Shown here: positions 1-11,035 of the stretch, one piece after another
Numbering within the stretch: the stretch's first letter is position 1
Layout: each line of letters opens with the position of its first letter
Assembly (NCBI RefSeq): GCF_001194135.2
Contig: NC_068998.1
Span: forward strand, 54,442,164-54,487,204
Source: Octopus bimaculoides
Lineage: Eukaryota
Length of the DNA: 45,041 nt
Direction: 5' to 3'
Position numbers and translations under genes: made by a program
The notes under the pieces: generated by a model
What the model saw: only the letters and a program-made list of their open reading frames with translations
What the model was told of the DNA's origin: nothing
The model's database searches: none

Positions 1-47
1 TATATATTTCAAATAGTTAAACTTTTTTACTCTTTTGTGTCTTTCAG

Positions 48-164
48 AAATACTAGAATTGATTTCCAGTTGTCACTGCATGAAGGAGATAAGAAACAAA
101 AGCTTCTCTTCAATGACAATCTATCACATACTAAAATGCCAAGTAGCCTGATATTTCCAACTTG
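48..164 (+). CDS. Candidate internal exon of a plus-strand gene (NTRIDFQLSLHEGDKKQKLLFNDNLSHTKMPSSLIFPT)
   Basis: Strong acceptor cttttgtgtctttcag| at 47/48 and donor CTTG|GTAAAT at 164/165; 117 nt, open in phase 2/2. No homology recognised. Confidence 0.3.
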
Positions 165-306
165 GTAAATTCAATACTTTTTTTTTTTGTCAAGAACACA
201 TTTCAAGCATTTGTGATATAAAATCATGCTCTGAGAGACAGAGACAGTTGGCATGTCTTTTTTCTTTTTCTTTTCCTCTCTGTACCTAAACAAATAAAAT
301 GCTAAT

Positions 307-836
307 TTAACCCTCCTGACACTAAAGCCACCTGAGATCATCCCCGATTTCTATGACACAAATCTCCCGTTTTTAAAGCAAACCAAATCAACACTCTCCG
401 TTTCAAATACACAAGCTTCATAATTCTTTAATTCTTTTACTTGTTTCAGCCATTTGACTGTCGCCATGCTGGAGCACCACCTTTAGTCGAGCAAATCGAC
501 CTCAGGACTTATCCTTTGTAAGCCTAGTACTTATTTTACCTGTCTCTTTTGCCAAACTGCTAAGTTACAGGGACATAAACACACCAGCATCNNNNNNNNN
601 NCTTCTTTCAGTTTCCATCTACCAAATCCATTCACAAGGCTTTGGTCGGCCAGAGACTATAATAGAAGACACTTGACCAAGGTGCCACAGTTGGATTGAA
701 CCCGGAACCATGTGGTTGGTAAGCAAACTACCTACCACATAGCCACTCCTGAGCCTATAATGACAAAATTATTTTTAATGTCAATTGAAATAAAGGCAAT
801 GTACTTCAGCAGAAATAGGGTAACAAAAAGGGTTAA
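307..836. mobile_element. piggyBac-type MITE (TTAA|CCCT...AGGG|TTAA) interrupted by a SINE
   Basis: TTAA at 307-310 and 833-836 flank termini CCCT (311-314) and AGGG (829-832). The right half recurs at ~10030-10110. A SINE occupies ~432-751. Confidence 0.65.
432..751 (-). mobile_element. tRNA-derived SINE, family A, near full length
   Basis: On the minus strand: head GTGGCTATGTGGTAG with a GGTTCAATCC B-box-like motif, then GGTCAAGTGTCTTCTA core and CCAGCATGGC...TGAAACAAGTAAAAG tail. The same modules recur in more than 15 copies in this window. Confidence 0.8.
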
Positions 837-2053
837 CATTAGAGATGTAACTGGATGGGAATATGGAGACGGGGATGGGGGGAGTCCGTTTTTTTTTTTT
901 TAGTTGCAGAGAAAAGAGAAGATATATTTATTTATTTATTTATGTACCAATTCAAAACTAACTGGCCAAGTCTGTTTTATATACTTTTATTTATAAAATA
1001 GACATTAGAACTAAACANNNNNNNNNNNNNNNNNNNNNNNNNNNNNNNNNNNNNNNNNNNNNNNNNNNNNNNNNNNNNNNNNNNNNNNNNNNNNNNNNNN
1101 NNNNNNNNNNNNNNNNNNNNNNNNNNNNNNNNNNNNNNNNNNNNNNNNNNNNNNNNNNNNNNNNNNNNNNNNNNNNNNNNNNNNNNNNNNNNNNNNNNNN
1201 NNNNNNNNNNNNNNNNNNNNNNNNNNNNNNNNNNNNNNNNNNNNNNNNNNNNNNNNNNNNNNNNNNNNNNNNNNNNNNNNNNNNNNNNNNNNNNNNNNNN
1301 NNNNNNNNNNNNNNNNNNNNNNNNNNNNNNNNNNNNNNNNNNNNNNNNNNNNNNNNNNNNNNNNNNNNNNNNNNNNNNNNNNNNNNNNNNNNNNNNNNNN
1401 NNNNNNNNNNNNNNNNNNNNNNNNNNNNNNNNNNNNNNNNNNNNNNNNNNNNNNNNNNNNNNNNNNNNNNNNNNNNNNNNNNNNNNNNNNNNNNNNNNNN
1501 NNNNNNNNNNNNNNNNNNNNNNNNNNNNNNNNNNNNNNNNNNNNNNNNNNNNNNNNNNNNNNNNNNNNNNNNNNNNNNNNNNNNNNNNNNNNNNNNNNNN
1601 NNNNNNNNNNNNNNNNNNNNNNNNNNNNNNNNNNNNNNNNNNNNNNNNNNNNNNNNNNNNNNNNNNNNNNNNNNNNNNNNNNNNNNNNNNNNNNNNNNNN
1701 NNNNNNNNNNNNNNNNNNNNNNNNNNNNNNNNNNNNNNNNNNNNNNNNNNNNNNNNNAAAACATTTCAGAAAATAAAAAACACTTTTTGCAGAGAAACTT
1801 TTCTTAAATGGAACAGAGTCTTAGTTTACAGTCAACAAGAGAGATTCAGTGTGGAGGTGGTGATGGTGACAATGATGATGATGATGCTAATCATGTTTTG
1901 TGGTGATGGGTTGGTTGATAGATTAAACACAAAAAATTTACATAATCTTAAGATGGAAGAACTTATTCAACAGTCATAAAATTTTTTATTTTTGTACTAA
2001 AACTGCAAAAGAAAACCTACTAAAAATTCTTATTATGCCATGCAAATAGTACA

Positions 2054-2385
2054 TGCATTTCATCTGTCTTTACATTCTGAGTTCAAATTCTGCCAAAATT
2101 GACTCAATTAAGTACCAGTGAGACACTAGGGTCGATGTAATTAACCATCCCCCTCCCCTAAATTTCAGGCCTTGTACCTATAATAGAAAGGATTATTATC
2201 ATCATTATTATTTGCATGCCAAGCAAATAATAATAATAATAATAATAATGCATTTCATCTGTCTTTAAATTCTGAGTTCAAATTCTGCCAAGGTCGACTT
2301 TGCCTTTCATCCTTTCAAGGTTAATGAAATAAGGACCAGTCAAGCACTGTGGTCGCTGTAATCGACTTACCCCCTCCCCTGAAAT
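2054..2385 (+). mobile_element. Two tandem 5'-truncated copies of SINE family B
   Basis: CATTTCATCTGTCTTTA.ATTCTGAGTTCAAATTCTGCCAA...GTCGATGTAAT...CCCCTCCCC occurs at ~2054-2197 and ~2248-2385, separated by (ATT)/(AAT) repeats. A copy with its head is at 44239. Confidence 0.75.
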
Positions 2386-2647
2386 ATTAATGTCTATTTT
2401 TTTATGTTCAGTTATGATAAGAACAATCTTACATTAATCTGATGGGTACACTCCAAACCTCTGCAGAGCACAAATTCACCATTCTAAAATAAGAATATTA
2501 ATGACAGTGACTTTGAAACCTCAGCCAGTTTAAGCCATCATCAGCAGCCTAACGATGGCTTAACTAGTTGAAGCTTCAACTAGTTACTGCTAATAATTTT
2601 CTTGTATAGAATAATATTTTTGTATATATTTATATATACAAAACAGT

Positions 2648-2740
2648 CTTCTTTCACTTTCCGTCAACAAGAACTTCACACATAAGGCTTTGGTCATCCC
2701 AGGGCTATAACAGAAGACAATTGTGCAAAGTACCATGCAA
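2648..2740 (-). mobile_element. SINE family A fragment
   Basis: CTTCTTTCACTTTCCGTC...AAGGCTTTGGTC...GGGCTATAACAGAAGACA matches the family A middle module. Confidence 0.6.
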
Positions 2741-2828
2741 AACTATATCACCATCTCTAAAGATAAAGTTCACAGACTCCACAATCTCCCAGAATTGTCA
2801 TTCTTAATAACACTCTGGTTCTTTTCAG

Positions 2829-2883
2829 AAATTGTAAACAATAGCTTTGTTGAAACACTGGTAAACTTCATCTCCCACAACAG
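2829..2883 (+). CDS. Candidate small exon (EIVNNSFVETLVNFISHN)
   Basis: Acceptor ctctggttcttttcag| and donor CAG|GTGAGA; 55 nt with a single open frame (phase 1 to 2). Its phase is not compatible with direct joining to exon 48-164. Confidence 0.22.
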
Positions 2884-3201
2884 GTGAGAAATAGTAAGTG
2901 TTAAGATTATTATTACCTGAACAGCAACAGAGAGAGGAAGTCTCTTTAAAACATTCCTCTCTTATTCACAATATTTCCAGTTTTTGTAATCGTTTTATCT
3001 ATTTATTTATTTTGTAAATGTATGGCTGTTTTCTTATCACAGTATTTTTCTTTTATTCTTTTACTAGTTTCAGCCTGTAGGCTGTGACCATGCTGGGGCA
3101 TGTTTAATATATCTAATTATTATTATTATCATTATTATTATTATTGTTGAGGCCTTCATGCTGTTAAAGACTAATTCTTTAGATTCGCTTTTGTCATACA
3201 G

Positions 3202-3412
3202 CTAGTAATAATGTCTGCTAATTTCCTCCAGGACTTCCTTTAACTCAACTTCGAAGACGAAGTACGAATTCTTTATTTCTTTCTTCACTAGAATCTTATG
3301 AAAATATTGCAGATGTGACGTATGAAGTATTTCAACAAAGTAAAAACCATTTACTGGCGCCATATTATTTGTTATCAAATAAATACACTGTCCCATTTTA
3401 TTGAACACAGAA
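3202..3412. other. Coding-like island open on both strands; possible terminal exon of either gene
   Basis: Plus strand: acceptor atttcctccag| at 3231, 56 codons GLPLTQLRRRSTNS...VPFY then TGA at 3402-3404. Minus strand: acceptor gtttccttgtcag| at 3413, phase 2, 69 codons SVFNKMGQ...LKEVLEEISRHYY then TAG. Confidence 0.22.
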
Positions 3413-3655
3413 CTGACAAGGAAACTTATTCCACATTTCTATTAGGCATTCTTAATTAGTCTTTAATATGACACTATTTCAGATTAAACAGGCCATCCAT
3501 ATCTTTGTCGTTTTACTTCTCAGGAGAATGGATTTTGCAAAAACATATTGACATACTTTCTGTCTGGCAGTTTGGCTATCTGTCTGCATACACACACACA
3601 TACACATGCATATATATACATACACACACATATATACACATATGGGTGTGTGCGG

Positions 3656-3658
<3 letters not shown>

Positions 3659-3737
<79 letters not shown>
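3659..3737. repeat. Compound (TA)n(GA)n microsatellite
   Basis: Direct inspection; source of ORFs 3479-3981. Confidence 0.95.
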
Positions 3738-3744
<7 letters not shown>

Positions 3745-3784
3745 AATAGACAGAGACACACATATATATGTATACATATGTGCA

Positions 3785-4080
3785 CACAGACAGTGGTTAA
3801 GAAGCTTGTTTTGCAACCATGTGGTTGTAGGTTCCGTCTCCACTCATGGGCAAGTGTCTTTTACTATAAACTCTGGGCTGACCATTGTCTTAACAACTTG
3901 ATAACCTGTGTTGGTTTATTCCCCCACCCCTTAACTTGGTGGTTTGGCAAAAGAGATCAACAGAATAAATACCAGACTTGAAAAATAAATTTATTCCGGG
4001 GATGATTTGTTCAACTAAAACCCTTCAATGTGGTGCCCCAACATGGGCTCAGTCCAATGATTGAAACAATAAAAGTAAAA
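3785..4080 (+). mobile_element. SINE family A, internally deleted
   Basis: GTGGTTAAGAAGCTTG...GGGCAAGTGTCTT...GGCAAAAGAGA...TGAAACAATAAAAG. Confidence 0.75.
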
Positions 4081-4669
4081 ACAAAAAAAAATGATGATAT
4101 GATGATGACCTTAGGTAAATTCTTTAGAATGTTCTGATTGCATAAATAAAACCCCTTAAATATACAGACTTTGTTTTGAGAAGAAGAAATGCAAAACTCA
4201 ATTTCTTCAGTAACGTGACTCTGTTGAAGTTTCTCAACTTCAAAAATAAACATTCTCGACACTCTACTTAACATATCAAGTTCTTTACTTTTTGACTTTT
4301 CTTTTTTTTTGGTAAATTCAAATGCCTCTCTACTTTGTGTGTGTGTTGATGTGTAAGGTGATATTTGAACTGTTTGAAGCCGACCATTGCTCAAGATGTT
4401 AACCGTTTCCTCGTAATTAGTTTACACATTCTAGATTTTATTCCTGTCATCTGAGATGAGGAAGTTAACTTAAAACGATAAACAACTCAACAACTTCACA
4501 AATAATATATTCTCACCATTCTTTTTGTCATGGAGAGAATCAAGGGCTGAGCAAATGTGAATATTGGTCAAAGATCTTGGAGCAGATGTTCTTCAGGCAG
4601 CAAGACTTCTTCTGAAGCTTTTTTATTCTTTTTCAATCGGTGTACAAGGGTACACACACACACACACAT

Positions 4670-4830
4670 GACAGGCTTTTTTTTACACCTGCCAAATACA
4701 AGGCTTTGGTTAAATCGGGGCTACAGTAGATAGTAGATGTCACTTGTCCATGGTGCAGCACAGTGGGACTGAACTCAAGACCACATGATTGGGGAGGGGG
4801 CAAGCTCCTTAAGCACACAGCCATGCCTGC
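4670..4830 (-). mobile_element. SINE family A, 5' half
   Basis: Reverse complement begins GCAGGCATGGCTGTGTGCTTAAGGAGCTTG...GAGTTCAGTCCCACTG. Confidence 0.7.
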
Positions 4831-5384
4831 ACCTTATGTGAGAAGAAACAGTGAGGTGAGGAAGTGAGAACACCCAAAGAAGGTAAAAATTAATATAAGC
4901 TCTTCTGCAGACTTAACCAATGTCATAACCCAAATTGGTTTCAACAAACACCCTACCTATTTTTAAATGGGGGGTGGGGGTCATGTATTTTAGGTCCTAA
5001 ACCACTTGATCAACAAATGACGTAAAAGAAACAGGATGTACGCCATTGGATGAACCAATCAAATTTTCTCTTTTGTTTCTTTGACTGGCTCCAAGCTAGA
5101 GATTTACTCAAACAGAACTAACCAAAGAAACGCACACAACAACAATGAAAATCTATAATTTTTTACAGAAGCAATTATATATTGATTTCAGAGTTTGGTA
5201 GGTGAGAAACTGAAGTCCTATATATTGTTATTGATATGGAGGAAAGTCTGCAACACAAACTAATAAAATTAACTGCAAAGTTCATCATTAAATAGATGGT
5301 AAATAAAGCAAGAATTAATTGTTAATAATGTAGTCAGTTGGGCAGGGAGGGGCAGGGCTAAGGTCTTGAGCAGGTGCACCCAGT

Positions 5385-5600
5385 CTGGTGAGATCAATGC
5401 AGTTAATGCCCAGTTTCGATTCCTGGACCGGGTGATGTGTTCTTGAACAAGACACTTCATTTTATGTTATCCACTCAGTCCATTCAGCTAGGAAAAATGG
5501 GTAATCCTGTGATGGATGGGTGTCCCATCTAGTGAGGAATATATATGCCAGAGAATCTGGGAGAGTGGCCGTATGAGCCTATAGCTTGAGAAGGGACCTT
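5385..5600 (+). mobile_element. SINE family C
   Basis: TTCGATTCCTGG...TTCTTGAACAAGACACTTCATTT...TCCATTCAGCTAG...AATCCTGTGATGGATGGG; similar to 32535-32768. Confidence 0.65.
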
Positions 5601-6509
5601 TGATCCATTTCTCTTTTTTGACTTTCCCAATGGGTTTGTATAGGGCCAACACCCTTATCTAAGCAAAGTGACAGAAGCATCGACGACAATTCAAAACCAA
5701 CAGAATCTGCGCAAGGACAGCCCCAAAGTCAAGAACAGGGGAGAAAAGTTATTGATGGCTTTATGCTCCACAGCGAGTGAAGAACTTACCAAAAATGAAG
5801 GTAGCATACAGTGGGGTCAAACTTAAAAGTGACTGATTGTAAAAAAAAATTCTTGACCAGCAAAGCCATGACAGTGCCCAGTTTGTTTTGTCTTAGGAAA
5901 ACCCCTGAATCTCATTAATTTCAAAATTTGAAATCATAGAAATAAAGAAAGATTTGAATCAATATCTCCATCTTAACTTGTTTTCCTCTTTCTTTCTTGG
6001 AACACTTTCAAAACCTCAATTTTTTTTTTGTTTTTTTTTACCTATGGAGGTGGGAGAATATCTATGAGTCTATAACATCTTCTTATTAGAATTTCAATAG
6101 TTCTTCAATTTCAATTTAACTGTTTACTCTGTCTCAACCACTTAAATATAGTTGATTATTCTGACAAGAGGCAAACATGCATGGCTGAGTCAAGAGGGTA
6201 ACAGACAAGCAGCTGAAAGGTCAGCAAGTCTACGACAGGGCCGCCGTTATAAGAGGTCAACATATATATAACCTAAACAAACGCACAAGTTTTGAAACAT
6301 GTCCAGCGTGTTTGTGGGTGTGTTCTGTGTGTGTGTGTGTGTGTGTGTGTGTTTGTGTGCGTGTGAGACTATGCTGATGACAATGACCATCATTATTCTA
6401 ACGTTCATTTTTCCATGCTTGCATAACTCAGACAAAAAACATGGAACACATCACGAATTCGTATGTCATCCTTATATATCTATGCACACACATTCAACTG
6501 TAGTGTTAT

Positions 6510-6755
6510 GACCCCTGGCCAACCAATGCCTCATGAGTGGATTTGGTAGACGGAAATTGTGTGGAAACCTGTTGTGTGTGTGTGTGTGTGTGTGTGTGTG
6601 GAGGGGGTTGTTGTTGCTTACATCCCCCATAATTTAACGGCTCGGCAAAGAGACCAATAGACTAATTACCAGACTTCAAAATAAGTCCTGGGGTCAGTTT
6701 GTTTGACTAAAACCCTTTATGGTTGCAGTCCAATGACCAACATAAGTGAAAAGGT
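6510..6755 (+). mobile_element. SINE family A, 3' two-thirds with internal (TG)n
   Basis: GAGTGGATTTGGTAGACGGAAA...(TG)n...GGCAAAGAGACCAATAG...AATAAGTCCTGGGGTC. Confidence 0.7.
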
Positions 6756-8599
6756 AAAAATAAATTGACTTCTAGCAACAGTTAATCCTTTTCTAACCTT
6801 TACGAACATAGAAGACCCACACTCTTCCACTCTAACCTCAAATACTCTACCTGGACAATTAAGAAGAGAAGAAACATATGTCCTGCAGTTACTATTGTTA
6901 AAACAACAACAACAGCTGCCACCACCACCACCCAACTAACCAAAACAAAACAAAAAAAAAAAAGAAAGAAAGGAAAGACTGGCAATTGTTCACTGTACCA
7001 TTTACAATCTTTCAGATCCAATTATAAATATGTAAATGTTCAAATAAAAATATAAAAATATATTTTTTTAAAAATCAATAAAAATTAAAATTACCTTAAT
7101 TATACCATTTGTTTCAATGGAGTTAAGTACATTGCTGGTATTGCAATAAATACATTGAATGGTGAGAGAATAGACAGATTTATTGTGATGGCATAATAAA
7201 GATAACGTTCACCCACCCTCCCACACACATACAGAAACTGATAGTCAATAAATGGTTTCATTTAGTAAAGCTATTTACAAGAGTTGCATAAAAATATGTC
7301 TCCATAATCCATTACAACAGTCTTTCTCATAATCACATCACCACGGATTTAACATGGATAATTCCAAACTGATCCAAAAGCCAGTGAGATGAGGTTGCAT
7401 GCCCCTTTCATAGATAATCACCTCTCACACTAATTACATCATTTATGAAGTGGAAACCATTTTTCATCATGGACTTCCATTTCATAGCTGTCATTTCTGT
7501 TACCTGTCCCTGTATATCTATCAATCGCATCTAATACTTGGTTCCCTGCCAGATATTCCACAAGATAATATCCAGCAGTGAAGAATCTTATTGGTGCTAT
7601 AAGCTTTCTTCTTTCATATCCATCAAGGCCACCTGTTCGATATAGAACATGCTACTCAGAGTTTGTTCTCTCTCTTACTACTACTTTAACTGATTGTCTT
7701 CAGGGTTTTAGACTGTTCCCCTGCCCCTCCCCTCTGGTCTGACTTTGAGCTGACAGATTTGTTAGCACGCCAGTCTTTGTTTAGATAATATCTCTAAGAG
7801 AGGGAAATTCCGAAATAAAACCTGCCTCATTGCTCTGACTTGTTTCTGGGTTATCTGGCTTTGGTAGGTGAGAGCCTTAGCAGTGTTGGACAAGCTGTGG
7901 TTGGCTTCAGATTTTAGCACAGACACTGTAGTCAGCCATTGCCTTTATCATCCAGGATAAAATCATTTATCGGTGGTGGCCATATTCATCTATCATGTAT
8001 GTATAACCCACAATAAGCATCTGAACAGTTTCCAACTGTTCAGAGGTCGCAGAAGGGATCCTCCTCAGTGCAAAGACAATGGTGGATTTGAGCTTTGGTC
8101 AATGAGTTCTGCTTATTCTGTCTCTTAGCAGTTAAGCAGTGAACCTGGACATTTTCAAGGTAATACAACAAACTCACAATCATGGGGATTTTTCTTGTGA
8201 CATACAATTAGGAAAAAGAAATATATATTTCCTGCTATGCACTATTTCTCTTTTTTTTTGTTTGGTAAACAAATGGAAAGCTACAGCATAAAATAACCTA
8301 TAAATATAAAGGTTTCATCATTTAATCATCCACCCCTTGTTTGTTTATTTATATTGCGATTTAAGCATATTATCTTCTTGTTTCTCTATGTGGAATCATG
8401 TTTAATATACAAAACATATTAAATGTGTTTCCAATGTATTTAACCATACACCATGGAATTCCAATGAAAGTAACACCCCATGGTTCTACCATGGGGTGTT
8501 GTTATTAAGTATTCTCTTTATTTGCCTAACCTGCATTCCTTCTCTCCAACCTGATATCACAGACGGTAATAAATACATCAAATTATGACAGATCACAAC

Positions 8600-8709
8600 A
8601 TGTACATCAACATATTATATTTATATGTGTGTGTGTGTGCATGTAGGTATACATAAGTATGTACATACACACACACATATATATACATATCCACACATGT
8701 ATGTACATA

Positions 8710-8778
<69 letters not shown>

Positions 8779-8830
8779 CATATATATTATACATACATGT
8801 GTGTGTATACATAAATATCTACATATAAAC

Positions 8831-8863
<33 letters not shown>

Positions 8864-8910
8864 TGTATGCATATATGTGCGTTAGTGCACATACACACAC
8901 ACGTGTGTGA
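8600..8910. repeat. (TG)/(TA)/(CA) compound microsatellite field
   Basis: Direct inspection; long pure (AT)n at ~8712-8776. Confidence 0.95.
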
Positions 8911-9913
8911 GCTCACATAAACCCTCCACACATCCCCACACTTATATGCTCGTATACAAGTATTTATGTTGTGTGTGTAACTGCAGCGATGTCTTATAAA
9001 TAGATTGCTCCAATAAATACAATAATAAGCTGCTAAAAATAAACTATGACAGCCACTATCAGCGAAGTTGAGGAGAAGTTAAACAAATATACATACATTC
9101 AGATATCAACCGATGTATAATATAAATATTATAACCAAATTATAGTGAAATCACATTAAATAGCACTATAGATAGAATATTAGAGTGAATTCATTCCTTC
9201 GTTCATCTCCTTATAAACAATATTAATAGATGCCATCTCACTCGTATGTACTGTCTGGTCTTTGCAGATTGAAGAAATCTTTCAATGCTCACTGAATGGC
9301 ATTGCTGTATTAAGCAAGGAAGAGAAGAAGCAGAGGTCAAATTGCACCAACTTTCAATGTAACTTGACCCCAAGTTTTACTGCAATGTCTGTCATGAGCA
9401 AAACAAGACAAACAGAAAAAAAAAAACAAACAAGGAAAATGAAATGACCACTGATAGAGCATAATCATATACGGACCGCACCAGACAGATACGAGATAGA
9501 CTTCTTGGTATTTTATGGGTAGATTGAGTTACAATACTTCAACATTGTAAACAAATTGCCAATGACAAATTGCACAACTTTGAATCGTATAAGAAGTGGG
9601 CCTCATAACCCGATGGTTTATTATCAATGTCATCACCTGAAATTTTTGTCATGTAATGTTTCCAGCCTGAAGCAGTCCCAGCCCTCTTAAAGATGTGTAC
9701 ATTAAGAGTAGGATTTTTTCTTTGTTTTTTTTTTGTTGTTTTTGTTTTTAGCTCAGCACTATGAAACCAAGGAAGCATCCATCAATTATATAACACTCCT
9801 GCTGCTTACCTATGTTGTTTGTTTGGTCTTATGATGGCTGTGATCAAACAGATGTATGAACAATGGCATTCGAAGCATGAGTGAACGTTTTGTCTTTTTG
9901 TATATAAGGTTCA

Positions 9914-10014
9914 GGCATGGCCTTATATATATATATATATATATATTTGCTTTCAAACCACATGGTTTTAGGTTCAGTCCCACTGTGTAGCACCATGGGC
10001 AAGTGTCTTCTACT
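9914..10014 (+). mobile_element. SINE family A head with (TA)n expansion inside the A-box region
   Basis: GGCATGGCC-(TA)n-TTGCTTTCAAACCACATGGTTTTAGGTTCAGTCCCACTG...GGGCAAGTGTCTTCTACT. Confidence 0.7.
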
Positions 10015-10029
10015 AAGTGTAGTACTATA

Positions 10030-10110
10030 TAAATTAAAATCCTGATAAAATTTCAAACTTCATTATTTTCAAAATTATTTCAAACAAAGGAAATGTGTTT
10101 CAACAGAAAT
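10030..10110. mobile_element. Right-end fragment of the same piggyBac-type MITE as 307-836
   Basis: CAAACAAAGGAAATGTGTTTCAACAGAAATATGGTAACAAAAGG resembles 785-832. Confidence 0.55.
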
Positions 10111-11035
10111 ATGGTAACAAAAGGTTTTTAATCTTGGTGGCAGTGTTTTTTTCATACAAGCCAAGATTCTTCAAATGGCCCTGTGAGTGGGTCAATTCAT
10201 CTCTGTAAACAGCAGGAGCACTGTATTTGCTGAGTGCTTTGTGAGAATTTAAAACTTTCCTAAGATTTGAAAAAAGAACTGGAGCTATCAGGTTGACCTG
10301 ACCTAGATACATTATGAAAAATAACGTCCATCCAATAGAACAATAACAACAACAATGAGAACACCAACAAGAACAACCACAAGAACACCAACAGCAGCAC
10401 CAGCAGCAGCTGCTGTTGCCGTTAGAAACTCTCTTTCAACCAATTCCAACTGCAAGCTGGAATTTCTTTTCTTAGAGCACCAACCAGTTTTCTCGTTCCG
10501 TCTGGGCAACCAGGGAGTGGCATTTTCTCTTTAGTGGTGTTGGAATATTGACAAATGGAACTACCATACATTAGTAGAGAGTTCACAGTTGATAACAGTG
10601 CTGCTACTGATGCATCATCATCATCATCATCATCTCTGTTGTATACACAATGATGACGACTGTCATCTTCAACTATGAACCATGCAGTAGTAATGTATAT
10701 TGGTTCCAGTTGCCAAGATTCCACCACAGATGCTTCCCACCTGATACCAACATACAATGAGTAGAATGACTAACATCTGGAGAGTGGCTGCTGCGGACAA
10801 GTTTTTGCTTCCAACCCACAGTGACAAACACCATCTTCTTCTTCTCTTCTTCACTCTCAGATAAAGTCAAAGCCCCAGCAGTAGATTCTTTCTTCCCTCT
10901 GACAACTGAACTTAGCAAACATTTCCGTCACCTCACTTATACACTTCATTGTAATTCTTAGGTAGAAGGCCATTGGATTTTTCACTTCACTCACTGTTTA
11001 AGAAAGGCACGAATATTACAAGTGCCATCTTCACC

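Noticed and set aside
5790-5832. 43-nt minus-strand segment with AG...GTAAGT boundaries
   Set aside because: Splice signals alone are expected by chance at this AT content; the peptide is uninformative.
9268-9447. Plus-strand acceptor plus IEEIFQCSLNGIAVLSKEEKKQR
   Set aside because: Only a weak GTCAAA donor; the frame ends in an A-rich run and there is no phase-compatible neighbour.
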